From: a virus
Taxonomy: Duplodnaviria; Caudoviricetes
Reading direction: 5' to 3' (one strand)
DNA: 37,932 nucleotides
Virus record (IMG/VR): IMGVR_UViG_3300025888_000019
Coordinates: 1 to 37,932 of that record
Shown here one piece after another: positions 17,266-25,566 of this stretch. The notes beneath the pieces are model-generated. The model searched no databases. It worked only from the letters and a program-made list of their open reading frames with translations, and was not told where the DNA came from. Each line of letters begins with the position of its first letter. Position 1 is the first letter of the stretch. Made by a program: the position numbers and the translations under genes.

Positions 17266-17931
17266 TCACGCCTCGCATATCACGCAGGCGCGTTCTTTGC
17301 ATTCGGGGAACATATCCACCTGGTCGGCCTCGCGTAGATCGCGGAGGCCGTAGCCGCGCATCCACGTATGCTTGCTAGGACTATTCGCGCAAGATTCTTC
17401 CTCCCACTGTTCCGCCGCCCGGTAGAGATCGGGGTGGTTTGTCCACAGCCCGCGCCAATCCCGCACCCGCTGGAACGGGCAGCAAAAGCACGAGCAAGAG
17501 CTACGCCACTTGTAACACGGGTTTAGGAGGTCGGCGGCCTCTACGAGCTTTCGCGCCTCGGCTTTGGTGATTCCCGCATCAACAAGCGGCCTCGGCTTGT
17601 TGGGCATCCTGTGGGCTTCATCAGCGCAGATACCAAGGAGTAGATCAGGGAACGCCTCAAGCGGCTTGAGTTTGAGTTCGCGCGTACACCACCGGACTTG
17701 CATTGACGGCAGCAGGTAGCCGAACGCGGCTACCTGCTGGAAGAACGTCGGCCCGCTAACTACGTTGAGCTTCACGCCCAACGCCCTCACCACCCTCGGT
17801 ATAATCCAGTAGGTCTCCGGCAGTTCCGCGCCCGTATCGGCGAAGACAAGCTCGAACTCCTCGCCTTTGTCCTTGAGATAGATCGCCAGCGCGGTCGAGT
17901 CGCATCCCCCGCTGAAGCTTACGTATTGCAT
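17266..17931 (-). CDS. Phosphoadenosine phosphosulfate reductase family protein
   Basis: VSFSGGCDS PP-loop, FADTGAELPETY, RWCTRELK, CFCCPF. Confidence 0.88.
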   Translation of the reverse strand: MQYVSFSGGCDSTALAIYLKDKGEEFELVFADTGAELPETYWIIPRVVRALGVKLNVVSGPTFFQQVAAFGYLLPSMQVRWCTRELKLKPLEAFPDLLLGICADEAHRMPNKPRPLVDAGITKAEARKLVEAADLLNPCYKWRSSCSCFCCPFQRVRDWRGLWTNHPDLYRAAEQWEEESCANSPSKHTWMRGYGLRDLREADQVDMFPECKERACVICEA

Positions 17932-18128
17932 TCGTGTCCCTCATCCTCGTAATAGTAGGTTCCGCATACCGAACACCACAGCACGTCGTCGAAGTCCTCG
18001 TGTCCGCACTCAGGACAACACGCTCGCGGCTCATACATCGGCGGGTCGCTGGAAACTTGCTCCATCTTGGAGCCAAGTTCGGTGTCCTCCACGACCTTGC
18101 CGCACTTCTCACATTTGCAGTAACTCAT
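17919..18128 (-). CDS. Small zinc-finger protein
   Basis: GGAGG RBS; CEKC, CPEC, CSVC. Confidence 0.7.
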   Translation of the reverse strand: MSYCKCEKCGKVVEDTELGSKMEQVSSDPPMYEPRACCPECGHEDFDDVLWCSVCGTYYYEDEGHECNT

Positions 18129-18159
18129 TTCGATACCTCCTATATTGTCGCCGCGCCGG

Positions 18160-18778
18160 TCACGCGGGGTCGAGCGCGAGCACGTGCTGGGCGAGCACGT
18201 CCTGAATCCGCTTCGCCGCGATCTCCGCCCAATGCTCATCGCGTTCTATGCCAATGAATCCACGCCCGGTCTGTACGCAAGCTACACCCGTTGTGCCACT
18301 GCCCATGTAGGAGTCAAGCACGACACCATTGTCCACGGAGAATCCGCGAACGAGCTTCCGCATCAATGCTATCGGCTTCTGCGACGGATGTTCCGTAAAC
18401 ACGTCACGCGCAAAAACTCGCCGCGACCGTTGAGTTTATGAGATAGTATCGGTATACGTTGTAGTTGTGGTGGCCATTGCGCTCGAATATCCGCTCGTAT
18501 TGAGACCCAGCGCCGGACTTCTTATCCCAGATATGGATAGCCGAATAGTCGAGCGGGAAGTCCACCTTTGCGCTCCAGAATATCAGTTGCCTACACGGAT
18601 ATGCTTCGAGCCAGCGTATATCAGCCTTGCCGTATAGTTCAACATGGTAGTCAGGGTAAGGTGGGTCGGTTATGATGCAATCCATGCTACCCGGCTTGAG
18701 CGTCGGCAAGACATCCTCGCACTTTCCGTGGTACAGCGTCACCCGCCCATCGCCTGACTCGAAATAGGGTCTAATCAT
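18160..18778 (-). pseudogene. Frameshifted N4/N6 (class beta) DNA methyltransferase
   Basis: TDPPY half (18404-18778) and HPSQKP..DSYMGSGTT half (18160-18402) are joined by deleting one base of the 5-nt run at 18412-18416. Confidence 0.85.
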
Positions 18779-18950
18779 CCTGCCGCGCCTTCTTCGCCTT
18801 CCCGCCCATCGCCGCGATCTCGATTGTGAACATATCAGCCTCCTTGCCGATCTTCGCACCTGGGGTCTGTCTCAGTGATTCTCCCGTGAATTCGCGCGTC
18901 CGATCGAGACTAAACCCCATGTGCCGAGACCGACCTCGGCAATTCTCCAT
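18771..18950 (-). CDS. Hypothetical protein (59 aa)
   Basis: TGATG coupling upstream, overlap downstream. Confidence 0.5.
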   Translation of the reverse strand: MENCRGRSRHMGFSLDRTREFTGESLRQTPGAKIGKEADMFTIEIAAMGGKAKKARQDD

Positions 18951-19423
18951 CAGACCTTCTTCTTGTGCGACCGCCCATCCGACGGGCGAGCCAACGGGTC
19001 CTTGACGAAGTGGTTCGTGTCGGGGTCTTTCAGTGCGACCACGAAGCGGTAACGCCCCATCCGCCGTTCCGCGATCAACTTCTGCAAGAGATTCATGAAG
19101 CGAGCCTGCCAGAGCCTCGGCATCCGCGCGATTGCGGGCCGAGGGATAACGAGGTACTCCGAATAAGCCAGACTGCCGACCCGCCAAGCCTCCGGGCCGA
19201 GAACCGTCCGGCTGGCCGGCGAGTCGCTCGGACACTGGGTCTCCTCGACGATCGCCGCCCATTTATCCAAAAGACCGAGTTTGGCGGCGGCGCATTCGAG
19301 TTGCGCGTCATAGACATCGCGAGCGCGACCCCTCCGATCTAACCTTGCGGCGATGATATAACCCGCCGCGCCGGCCATGCAAGCCAGCACACAAACGAGA
19401 ACTGTGAACTGCATTTTGTCCAT
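18950..19423 (-). CDS. Hypothetical protein with N-terminal transmembrane helix
   Basis: FTVLVCVLACMAGAAGYIIAA; purine-rich RBS. Confidence 0.6.
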   Translation of the reverse strand: MDKMQFTVLVCVLACMAGAAGYIIAARLDRRGRARDVYDAQLECAAAKLGLLDKWAAIVEETQCPSDSPASRTVLGPEAWRVGSLAYSEYLVIPRPAIARMPRLWQARFMNLLQKLIAERRMGRYRFVVALKDPDTNHFVKDPLARPSDGRSHKKKV

Positions 19424-19460
19424 TTGATTGCCCCTTTCCTGGCTGGGGTTGCCAGCCAAA

Positions 19461-20804
19461 TTATTCGAGATTCAGTTGCTTTTCTTTCGATCGCTCTTTG
19501 ATCGCGTGTTCGATGCGACCTTTCGCGATCTCCAGTGAGTGTTCGTCGGCGTCGATTCCTACCGCGCAGAATCCTTCATGAACAGCCGCAACCAACGTGC
19601 TGCCACTTCCGCAGAATGGGTCAAGCAGAACCCCATCGGGCGGAGTAACCATTCGGCAGAGATAGCGCATCAGCTTGATCGGCTTCACGGTCGGATGATC
19701 GTTCGGGCTCGGCTGTGTCGTGAACCTGGTCTCCACATCTTTCATATCCTTCGACGGCTCGGCTGATTGTCCATTGAACACCTTGCTACGTGCTGCCAGA
19801 TGTTCGAGTCCGGCGTTACGTTCGGCTTTGCTCGCTTTGGCACAGAAATAGTATCGTGACGGCCCACCTTTGTCGCCGAAACCAGGCTTTTCGTCGCCAT
19901 AGTGATCTTCGCGATAGCCGCCGCCATAGGCTCCGTCATGACCGGACTTGCCGCCAGCCGACGTGGTTGCTGGATTTGCGTCGTCGAGTTGAGCGGCAAC
20001 CTGTTCGTCGATTATCACGTTCGATGGGTAGCGACCGAGAGCGTTTTGTATTCCATCCGTCGTCGGTTTGCACTTGCCGTATTTGATGCCATCGCCGATC
20101 TCTCTACTTCCGAAAGATAAGCGTTCCTCGGTCTCTATCCGGCACCCATCAATGTTCAAGCATCCCGTTCCCCACTTCAGTAGGTTCTGCGCGATGTTCT
20201 TCTCGGACAACGGCTTGCGAGCGAGGCAGATTGGCTCGTTGGCGGGCTTGAGTGCGGTTTTCCATCCTTGCCATTGCTCCGCTTCTGCCGACCCCGGCTT
20301 TCGCGAAACTCCGGGTTTCACATCATTTGGTCGATGCCCCAATTCCAATCGCCGTTTATTGATGCCGAAAGTGCCGTCGTGTTCGGTGACGATTTCGCCG
20401 GGAGTCTTGAGTTGAGCGTCTATCGCCTTTGCCGCGTCGAGAGCTTTCGGGAATCCTGTGGCGTAGTTCCACTGGCACATATCTCTGATCTCAAACCCCG
20501 CATCCTCTATCGCACAAGCCATTCGGTGATAGGTTCGCGTTCCGCCGAAGCTGAGAACATGCCCACCGGGTCGGAGAACGCGCAGCACTTCGGCCCACAT
20601 CGGAACCGAATAAGCGATCCCGGTGCCATCCCATTTGGCGCCCATGAAAGATATTTCGTATGGCGGGTCGGTTACAATCGAGCGAAAGAAGTCGGCAGTC
20701 AACTCGCGCATGACTGCCTCGCACTTTCCACAGTACAGGACAATGCGCCCGTCGTCGGACTGCCAATACGGTTCCAGATTGTCTATCAGATCACGAAGCA
20801 TCAT
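19461..20804 (-). CDS. N6/N4 DNA methyltransferase, class beta
   Basis: TDPPY, GFEIRD, ALKPANEPI, HPTVKP, LDPFCGSGST. Confidence 0.93.
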   Translation of the reverse strand: MMLRDLIDNLEPYWQSDDGRIVLYCGKCEAVMRELTADFFRSIVTDPPYEISFMGAKWDGTGIAYSVPMWAEVLRVLRPGGHVLSFGGTRTYHRMACAIEDAGFEIRDMCQWNYATGFPKALDAAKAIDAQLKTPGEIVTEHDGTFGINKRRLELGHRPNDVKPGVSRKPGSAEAEQWQGWKTALKPANEPICLARKPLSEKNIAQNLLKWGTGCLNIDGCRIETEERLSFGSREIGDGIKYGKCKPTTDGIQNALGRYPSNVIIDEQVAAQLDDANPATTSAGGKSGHDGAYGGGYREDHYGDEKPGFGDKGGPSRYYFCAKASKAERNAGLEHLAARSKVFNGQSAEPSKDMKDVETRFTTQPSPNDHPTVKPIKLMRYLCRMVTPPDGVLLDPFCGSGSTLVAAVHEGFCAVGIDADEHSLEIAKGRIEHAIKERSKEKQLNLE

Positions 20805-20835
20805 ACCTCACAAAACAGCGCGCCCGAATCGGCCT

Positions 20836-20890
20836 TTGACTCAACTGTTGGGGAGGTGACTACTCCCCTCGGCTAAAGCCGGGGGCTTCT
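20836..20890 (-). ncRNA. 3' part of the TnpB omegaRNA: IS605 right end plus predicted guide
   Basis: AGAAGCCCCCGGCTTTAGCCGAGGGGAGTAGTCAC ends at 20856; adjacent guide CTCCCCAACAGTTGAGTCAA; the 5' part would overlap the end of tnpB. Confidence 0.75.
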
Positions 20891-21994
20891 AAGATCGGCT
20901 AGCCGATCTAGGCTCTGTAGTCCCAGAGCCAAAATGTTGATTGCGGCGTTGGTGTCTCTATCCAGAGACAGTCCGCACATCGGGCAGTGATGCCACCGCT
21001 CTTTGAGCGGTTTCTTCGTCCGATAGCCGCACCCTGAGCAATCTTGCGATGTGTAAGCCGGATTCACGGCAACGATTGTCCGACCGGCGCTTTCAGCCTT
21101 GTTGGTCAATACGGTGCGGAACATAGTCCAGCTTGCATCGGAGATTGATTTCGCCAAGCAGTGATTCGAGAGCATGTTCGTGGTGTTGAGCTTCTCAACT
21201 GCCAGCACATCGTTCTCGTTGACGAGCTTTCGGGAAAGTTGATGAACAAAGTTATGCCGACGATTCTTGATGCGCTCGTGGACACGGGCGACAACCTTTC
21301 GGGCTTTCGTTTGTTCTGCGGAACCTTTCGATTGCTTGGACAACTTGCGTTGTGCCTTAGCAAGAGCCTGCTGCTCTTTGCGAAAAAATCTGGGATTCTC
21401 TACAAAGGAGCCATCGGACAGGGCGGCGAACTTCTCAAGCCCAACGTCTATGCCGACAGACTGCCCGGTAGTCGGGAGCGGCTCATGTTCGACTTCGCAG
21501 GCGAAGCAGACAAACCACTTGTTGTTCTGCCGCCGGATTGTGCAAGCCTTGATTCTTTTCGGTATCGCGCGATGGAGTTTGATCTTCAGCGTACCGATCT
21601 TTGAGAGTTTAAGAGCCCCTTCGGTAACAGCAAATCCAGAGTCGGGAAATGTAAACGAGTCGTACCAATCGCGACCCTTGTATCGCGGATAACCGGGTTT
21701 GTCCCCGGCTTTCACTCTGCGAAAGAACGCTTTGAAAGCGAGATCGACCCGCATCGCGACGTTGTAGAGGACGTGCGAATTGACTGACTGAAGCTCGGCC
21801 CACGTGTCGCGAAATACCGTGAGTCGTCTGCACTGAGTGTAGTAGCCAGGGGTTTTGCCAGTATGCTCGTAATCTTGCTCTCTATCCGAGAGCAGCCAAT
21901 TATAGACCTGCCGACAAGTATGAATAGTACTGTCGAGAGATTGTGCCTGCGCCTTGCTCGGATATATTCTATATTTGTAGCATTTGCGTTCCAC
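20873..21994 (-). CDS. tnpB: IS200/IS605-family RNA-guided endonuclease TnpB (no tnpA)
   Basis: YKYRIYP, GIDVG, AVEKL, TSQDCSGC..CPMC, DRDTNAAINI; RuvC D-E-D triad intact. Confidence 0.95.
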   Translation of the reverse strand: MERKCYKYRIYPSKAQAQSLDSTIHTCRQVYNWLLSDREQDYEHTGKTPGYYTQCRRLTVFRDTWAELQSVNSHVLYNVAMRVDLAFKAFFRRVKAGDKPGYPRYKGRDWYDSFTFPDSGFAVTEGALKLSKIGTLKIKLHRAIPKRIKACTIRRQNNKWFVCFACEVEHEPLPTTGQSVGIDVGLEKFAALSDGSFVENPRFFRKEQQALAKAQRKLSKQSKGSAEQTKARKVVARVHERIKNRRHNFVHQLSRKLVNENDVLAVEKLNTTNMLSNHCLAKSISDASWTMFRTVLTNKAESAGRTIVAVNPAYTSQDCSGCGYRTKKPLKERWHHCPMCGLSLDRDTNAAINILALGLQSLDRLADLRSPRL

Positions 21995-22000
21995 CTCTAC

Positions 22001-22055
22001 AATATACCTCCTGGTCGCTACAATGTCAATACCTTTCGGTGGGGTATTATTCCCC
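22001..22055 (-). promoter_or_regulatory. tnpB promoter with upstream palindromic site
   Basis: GGGGAATAATACCCC, 11 nt, then TTGACA-17-TATATT, 6 nt before the GTG. Confidence 0.75.
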
Positions 22056-22433
22056 ATGATTCATCGACCGCTTATTGTTGGGCTTCCTTCGCCGATCGTC
22101 GCGATTGGCGAGCTTCTCGCGTTGCTTGAAACGACGAGGGCGGGTTGTCAGCGCATCCTCATGGAGCTTTCGGTGGCAACGCTCGCAGAGCGTTATGAGG
22201 TCGCTTAGGTGCCGATGCTCACGGCCATGATGTTTGTAGCGTAGGTGGTGAACCTCGACCCTGCCGAGCGACCGGCAATGCGCCCTCTGGCAGCGATTCT
22301 TGTCGCGCTCCTTGACCAAACGCGAGACCGCGCGCCAATAAGATGTCAGGAGGAACTCCAAATACGGCAGATCCTTCAGTCGCTTGGATTCCGCGGCGTC
22401 GATGTTGACGATCGCCCAAGTCGCCGGGTCCAT
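22047..22433 (-). CDS. HNH endonuclease
   Basis: RDKNRCQ..C..EVHHLRY..LITLCERCH. Confidence 0.88.
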   Translation of the reverse strand: MDPATWAIVNIDAAESKRLKDLPYLEFLLTSYWRAVSRLVKERDKNRCQRAHCRSLGRVEVHHLRYKHHGREHRHLSDLITLCERCHRKLHEDALTTRPRRFKQREKLANRDDRRRKPNNKRSMNHGE

Positions 22434-22858
22434 CAGTCAGCCTCCGGCAGATCGGCAAGTTCGTAGACCGGGATGCCGTGATCTCGGGCGAACGCCACTT
22501 CGTCGATTGTGCCGGCAGATGCGTGCCAACCGGGGACCAACACCAGTAGGTCGCACCGGGAGAGTACCTCGATGTCCATGCAAAGCCAGTATTCATCAGG
22601 GAGATTGCCAAGCAGTCCGGGTAGGTGGCTGTTCGTGTGCGGCGTAAAAACGCAGTACCCCTTCTCTGCAACCGCGACGGCTATTTCGGCGGCCTTGCGG
22701 ATGTTCGCGTAGACGCCTCGGCGAGTGGCGGCGCGATATGGGCCCGAAATGAAAGCGAGGGGCAAGTGATCCTCGGTTGGCACCGACCGGCCGACCTGGC
22801 ACAAGGCCCACAAAAAGATCCACGTTGCGAGAATCAAGGCGACAAACCAGCCGAGCAT
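22433..22858 (-). CDS. DUF4406 / nucleoside 2-deoxyribosyltransferase-like protein with N-terminal TM segment
   Basis: FISGPY..NI, PHTN, CD..LVPGWHASAGTIDE..A..GIPV. Confidence 0.75.
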   Translation of the reverse strand: MLGWFVALILATWIFLWALCQVGRSVPTEDHLPLAFISGPYRAATRRGVYANIRKAAEIAVAVAEKGYCVFTPHTNSHLPGLLGNLPDEYWLCMDIEVLSRCDLLVLVPGWHASAGTIDEVAFARDHGIPVYELADLPEAD

Positions 22859-22879
22859 AATGTTTACCCTCCGCGAAAT

Positions 22880-22974
22880 AGAATAGCAGAAGCTCGGACG
22901 TTACGCAAGACTTCGCAATGGGGAGAAATACCCCGCATGCGGTAGTTGACTTCCGCGTAGCAAGCAAGTATCCT
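22880..22974. promoter_or_regulatory. Divergent promoter pair around a central palindrome
   Basis: Leftward TTGCGT-17-TATTCT, rightward TTGACT-17-TATCCT; GGGGAGAAATACCCC (22920-22934) is 11 nt from each -35. Confidence 0.75.
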
Positions 22975-23006
22975 TTCGGTTATACAGCAGAGCAGGAGGG
23001 CTTTTT

Positions 23007-23210
23007 ATGCTTCGACAAGCCGCAAATCCAACATCTACGCTATCCGGCACAGTGGCGGGCAAGCTCGTCCGGGAGCAAACACTCAAAGCGCCGAGCCGCG
23101 CACCGAAAGAGACCCGAACGGTCGAGCAGGTCGAGGCCGACCTCGACAACGGCATCGTCGGCGGTGTCCGGCGCCGGCCACTTAGTTGGTTGAAAGGAAA
23201 ACGCCAATGA
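23007..23210 (+). CDS. Hypothetical protein
   Basis: AGGAGG RBS; first gene after the rightward promoter. Confidence 0.65.
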   Translation: MLRQAANPTSTLSGTVAGKLVREQTLKAPSRAPKETRTVEQVEADLDNGIVGGVRRRPLSWLKGKRQ

Positions 23211-23380
23211 CACGCGACTGCGCGAAACAGCGATGCAAGACTTGTCCGCGGTGGGGGACGCCGACCGAGCGCGATGGCTGCTCCACGTTTATCAACGTCG
23301 TCCGCCAATGGAAACGCAAGGGCGGCTGTCCATGCTACGGGACGCCGGAGACTAAGTGCGCAGAAACGAGCGCGCAATGA
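23207..23380 (+). CDS. Small Cys-rich protein
   Basis: ATGA overlaps on both sides. Confidence 0.6.
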   Translation: MTRDCAKQRCKTCPRWGTPTERDGCSTFINVVRQWKRKGGCPCYGTPETKCAETSAQ

Positions 23381-23790
23381 GCCAGATCATCGAGTTCACT
23401 GTCCTGGGCGATCCCGTCGCGCAGGCTCGACCCCGCGCGGTCAGGACAGCTAAGGGCGTACGGATGTATGACACAGGCAAAGTTAAGGATGCCAAGAGCT
23501 TTTTCAAGATGTGCGCGGCTGAACACGCGCCCGAAGTATTGATCGACGGGCCGATGTTTGTAACCCTCGATGTCTACGTGCAGAAGCCGAAGTCGTGGAA
23601 GAAGAATCGCACATTGGCCGCAACGGCGCCGGACGTTGATAATTACGCAAAGCTCTGTTTAGATAGTATGCAAGGCGTACTTTACACAAACGACTCCAGG
23701 ATCGTGACGCTGATCGTATCGAAGCGACTCTCAGACAAGCCCCGGTGCGAGGTTCGCATCGAGGGACTGGTCGATGGGGAGACGGGCTGA
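23377..23790 (+). CDS. rusA: RusA-family Holliday junction resolvase
   Basis: GDPVAQARPR, PDVDNYAK..DS...NDSRIV. Confidence 0.92.
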   Translation: MSQIIEFTVLGDPVAQARPRAVRTAKGVRMYDTGKVKDAKSFFKMCAAEHAPEVLIDGPMFVTLDVYVQKPKSWKKNRTLAATAPDVDNYAKLCLDSMQGVLYTNDSRIVTLIVSKRLSDKPRCEVRIEGLVDGETG

Positions 23791-25127
23791 TGATCTATGG
23801 CTCCGTTTGTACAGGAATATCTGCGGAGCATGTTGCGTGGGCCGATCTTGGCTGGACTGCCGCCTGGTTTTCCGAAATCGACCCGTTCTGTTGTGCGTTG
23901 CTGAAACACCACTATCCCGAAGTGCCAAATCTAGGAGATATGACCGATGTTGAAAAGTTCACCGGGCCAATCGACGTTCTTGTTGGAGGAACTCCCTGTC
24001 AAGATTTCTCGGTCGCAGGAAAGCGAGCAGGAATGGCTGGAGAGCGTTCTGGGCTGGCCCTCGGATATATTGAGCTTGCTAAGAGACTGCGGCCCAAGTG
24101 GTTGGTGTGGGAGAACGTGTTTGGAGTTTTGTCCTCCGTTAGCCACGAAGCGCCGGATGAGGTTCCACCGCCTGACGACTTACAGCCGGGACAAGAATGG
24201 AGCCATGAAGAAGTCTACGAAGCTGACGAAGGAACCGATTTCGGATGCTTCCTTGCCGGACTTCAGGAATGCGGGTATGGTCTCGCCTGGAGGGTGCTGG
24301 ACGCACAATTCGCTGGAGTACCACAGCGCCGCCGTCGCGTCTTCCTTGTCGGATATTTTGGAGATTGGCGTCGTGCCTACGCGGTTTTATCTCAGTCCCA
24401 CAGTTTGTCGGGGAATCCTCCGCCGAGCAGAGAAGCGGGGGAAAGAACTGCCTCCGGCGTTGCGGGAAGCCTTGCAGCAAGTGGCGCAGGTTCCGCCCGA
24501 CCAGCCGGACAAGGAAACGAGCTAGATATACTGGTCAATACCGCTTGGGACAATCAGCGATTCAGGCTCCATGACGCCGACGGTATTGCGCCCACACTGG
24601 CTACCTCCGACGGAGGCGGCGGTCACCGTTGCCCAAACGTAGTCGCGCGTTGTCTGGCCTCCCGCGAGGGTATGCGGCAGGACGCGGAGACGGAGAATAT
24701 GGTAGCTTGCATCAAAGGTGCGGCGATTGGCCGAAAGCCCGAAGCCGGGCCGCAACGCGGGGAGATTCAGGAAGATGGGAATTGCTGCACGTTGAGCGCG
24801 ACAGAACAACACGCAATCTGTTTTGAACCCGGCAACTTACGGCGGCAGTGCGGCAGTGAGCCAAACGAGAACACCGCGCCCACTTTGGGTGCGGAGAAGA
24901 CAGGGGATACTTTTCCGCATATCGCTCAGGCAATGGCGGTGCGTAGGCTTACTCCCGAAGAGTGCGAAAAATTGCAAGGACACTCGCCCGGATACACACT
25001 CATCCCTTGTCGCGGCAAGCCTGCCTGTGACTCGAATCGCTACAGGGCTTTGGGCAACGGGATTGCAGTTCCATGCCTGCGCTGGATCGGCGAGCGTATA
25101 CAACTTGTCGAGGATATGACCCAATGA
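23790..25127 (+). CDS. C5 cytosine DNA methyltransferase
   Basis: YGSVCTGI, GGTPCQDFS, WENV, PQRRRRVF, RRLTPEECEKLQG, RYRALGN. Confidence 0.93.
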   Translation: MIYGSVCTGISAEHVAWADLGWTAAWFSEIDPFCCALLKHHYPEVPNLGDMTDVEKFTGPIDVLVGGTPCQDFSVAGKRAGMAGERSGLALGYIELAKRLRPKWLVWENVFGVLSSVSHEAPDEVPPPDDLQPGQEWSHEEVYEADEGTDFGCFLAGLQECGYGLAWRVLDAQFAGVPQRRRRVFLVGYFGDWRRAYAVLSQSHSLSGNPPPSREAGERTASGVAGSLAASGAGSARPAGQGNELDILVNTAWDNQRFRLHDADGIAPTLATSDGGGGHRCPNVVARCLASREGMRQDAETENMVACIKGAAIGRKPEAGPQRGEIQEDGNCCTLSATEQHAICFEPGNLRRQCGSEPNENTAPTLGAEKTGDTFPHIAQAMAVRRLTPEECEKLQGHSPGYTLIPCRGKPACDSNRYRALGNGIAVPCLRWIGERIQLVEDMTQ

Positions 25128-25240
25128 AACTATCGCTCCAGAAATACACCGATCACAAGTCCAAGAAGCTACGCCAGCCGCACAAGGCAAAGAAGCGCAA
25201 TGCGGTCGCCAAGCAGTCGCGAAAGCGGAATCGCGCATGA
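25124..25240 (+). CDS. Very basic 38-aa peptide
   Basis: MKLSLQKYTDHKSKKLRQPHKAKKRNAVAKQSRKRNRA*; ATGA overlaps at both ends. Confidence 0.6.
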   Translation: MKLSLQKYTDHKSKKLRQPHKAKKRNAVAKQSRKRNRA

Positions 25241-25566
25241 AGAAGTCGGCGCAGGCTTCCCTGTTTCGGCAGGGCGAACACTTCTGCCCCAATGACGGCG
25301 AAGTGCTACTCATCCAAGATGGTTGGTTGTTCTGCTATCGCTGCCACTATATGCGATGCCGCGGTTGCGGATTGCCCATTCCGCCGCGAACAGAGGTAAC
25401 GATGGCGCAATTATCCGGGCAGGAGCCTTATCCTCCGGCGCCCGATGGCTACTGCGAACAACCGTTCGGCAAAGCGTGCTACGGTCGGATCGTTGACCGG
25501 CTCGAAGCAGAGAACACTCGGCTGCGAATCCAGTTGAAGCGAAAGCGGAATCGGGGGCGAGCATGA
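25237..25566 (+). CDS. Zinc-finger hypothetical protein
   Basis: CPND, CYRC, CRGC; coupled ORF. Confidence 0.65.
   Translation: MKKSAQASLFRQGEHFCPNDGEVLLIQDGWLFCYRCHYMRCRGCGLPIPPRTEVTMAQLSGQEPYPPAPDGYCEQPFGKACYGRIVDRLEAENTRLRIQLKRKRNRGRA

Noticed and set aside
334-17353. Many long plus-strand ORFs (e.g. 10179-11243, 11631-12896, 15172-16269, 16193-17353)
   Set aside because: Antisense shadows of well-supported minus-strand genes in GC-rich DNA; no motifs
17266-17931. Dnd/Ssp phosphorothioation or deazaguanine modification system
   Set aside because: No partner genes (dndD/E, dpdA, queC/D/E) seen; lone PAPS-reductase-family genes are common in phages
20873-21994. Cas12f, or nuclease-dead TldR
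   Set aside because: Has an IS605 right end and no array; RuvC D-E-D residues are intact
20849-22925. Guide start CTCCCCA matching the operator at 22919-22925
   Set aside because: Only 7 nt; expected by chance
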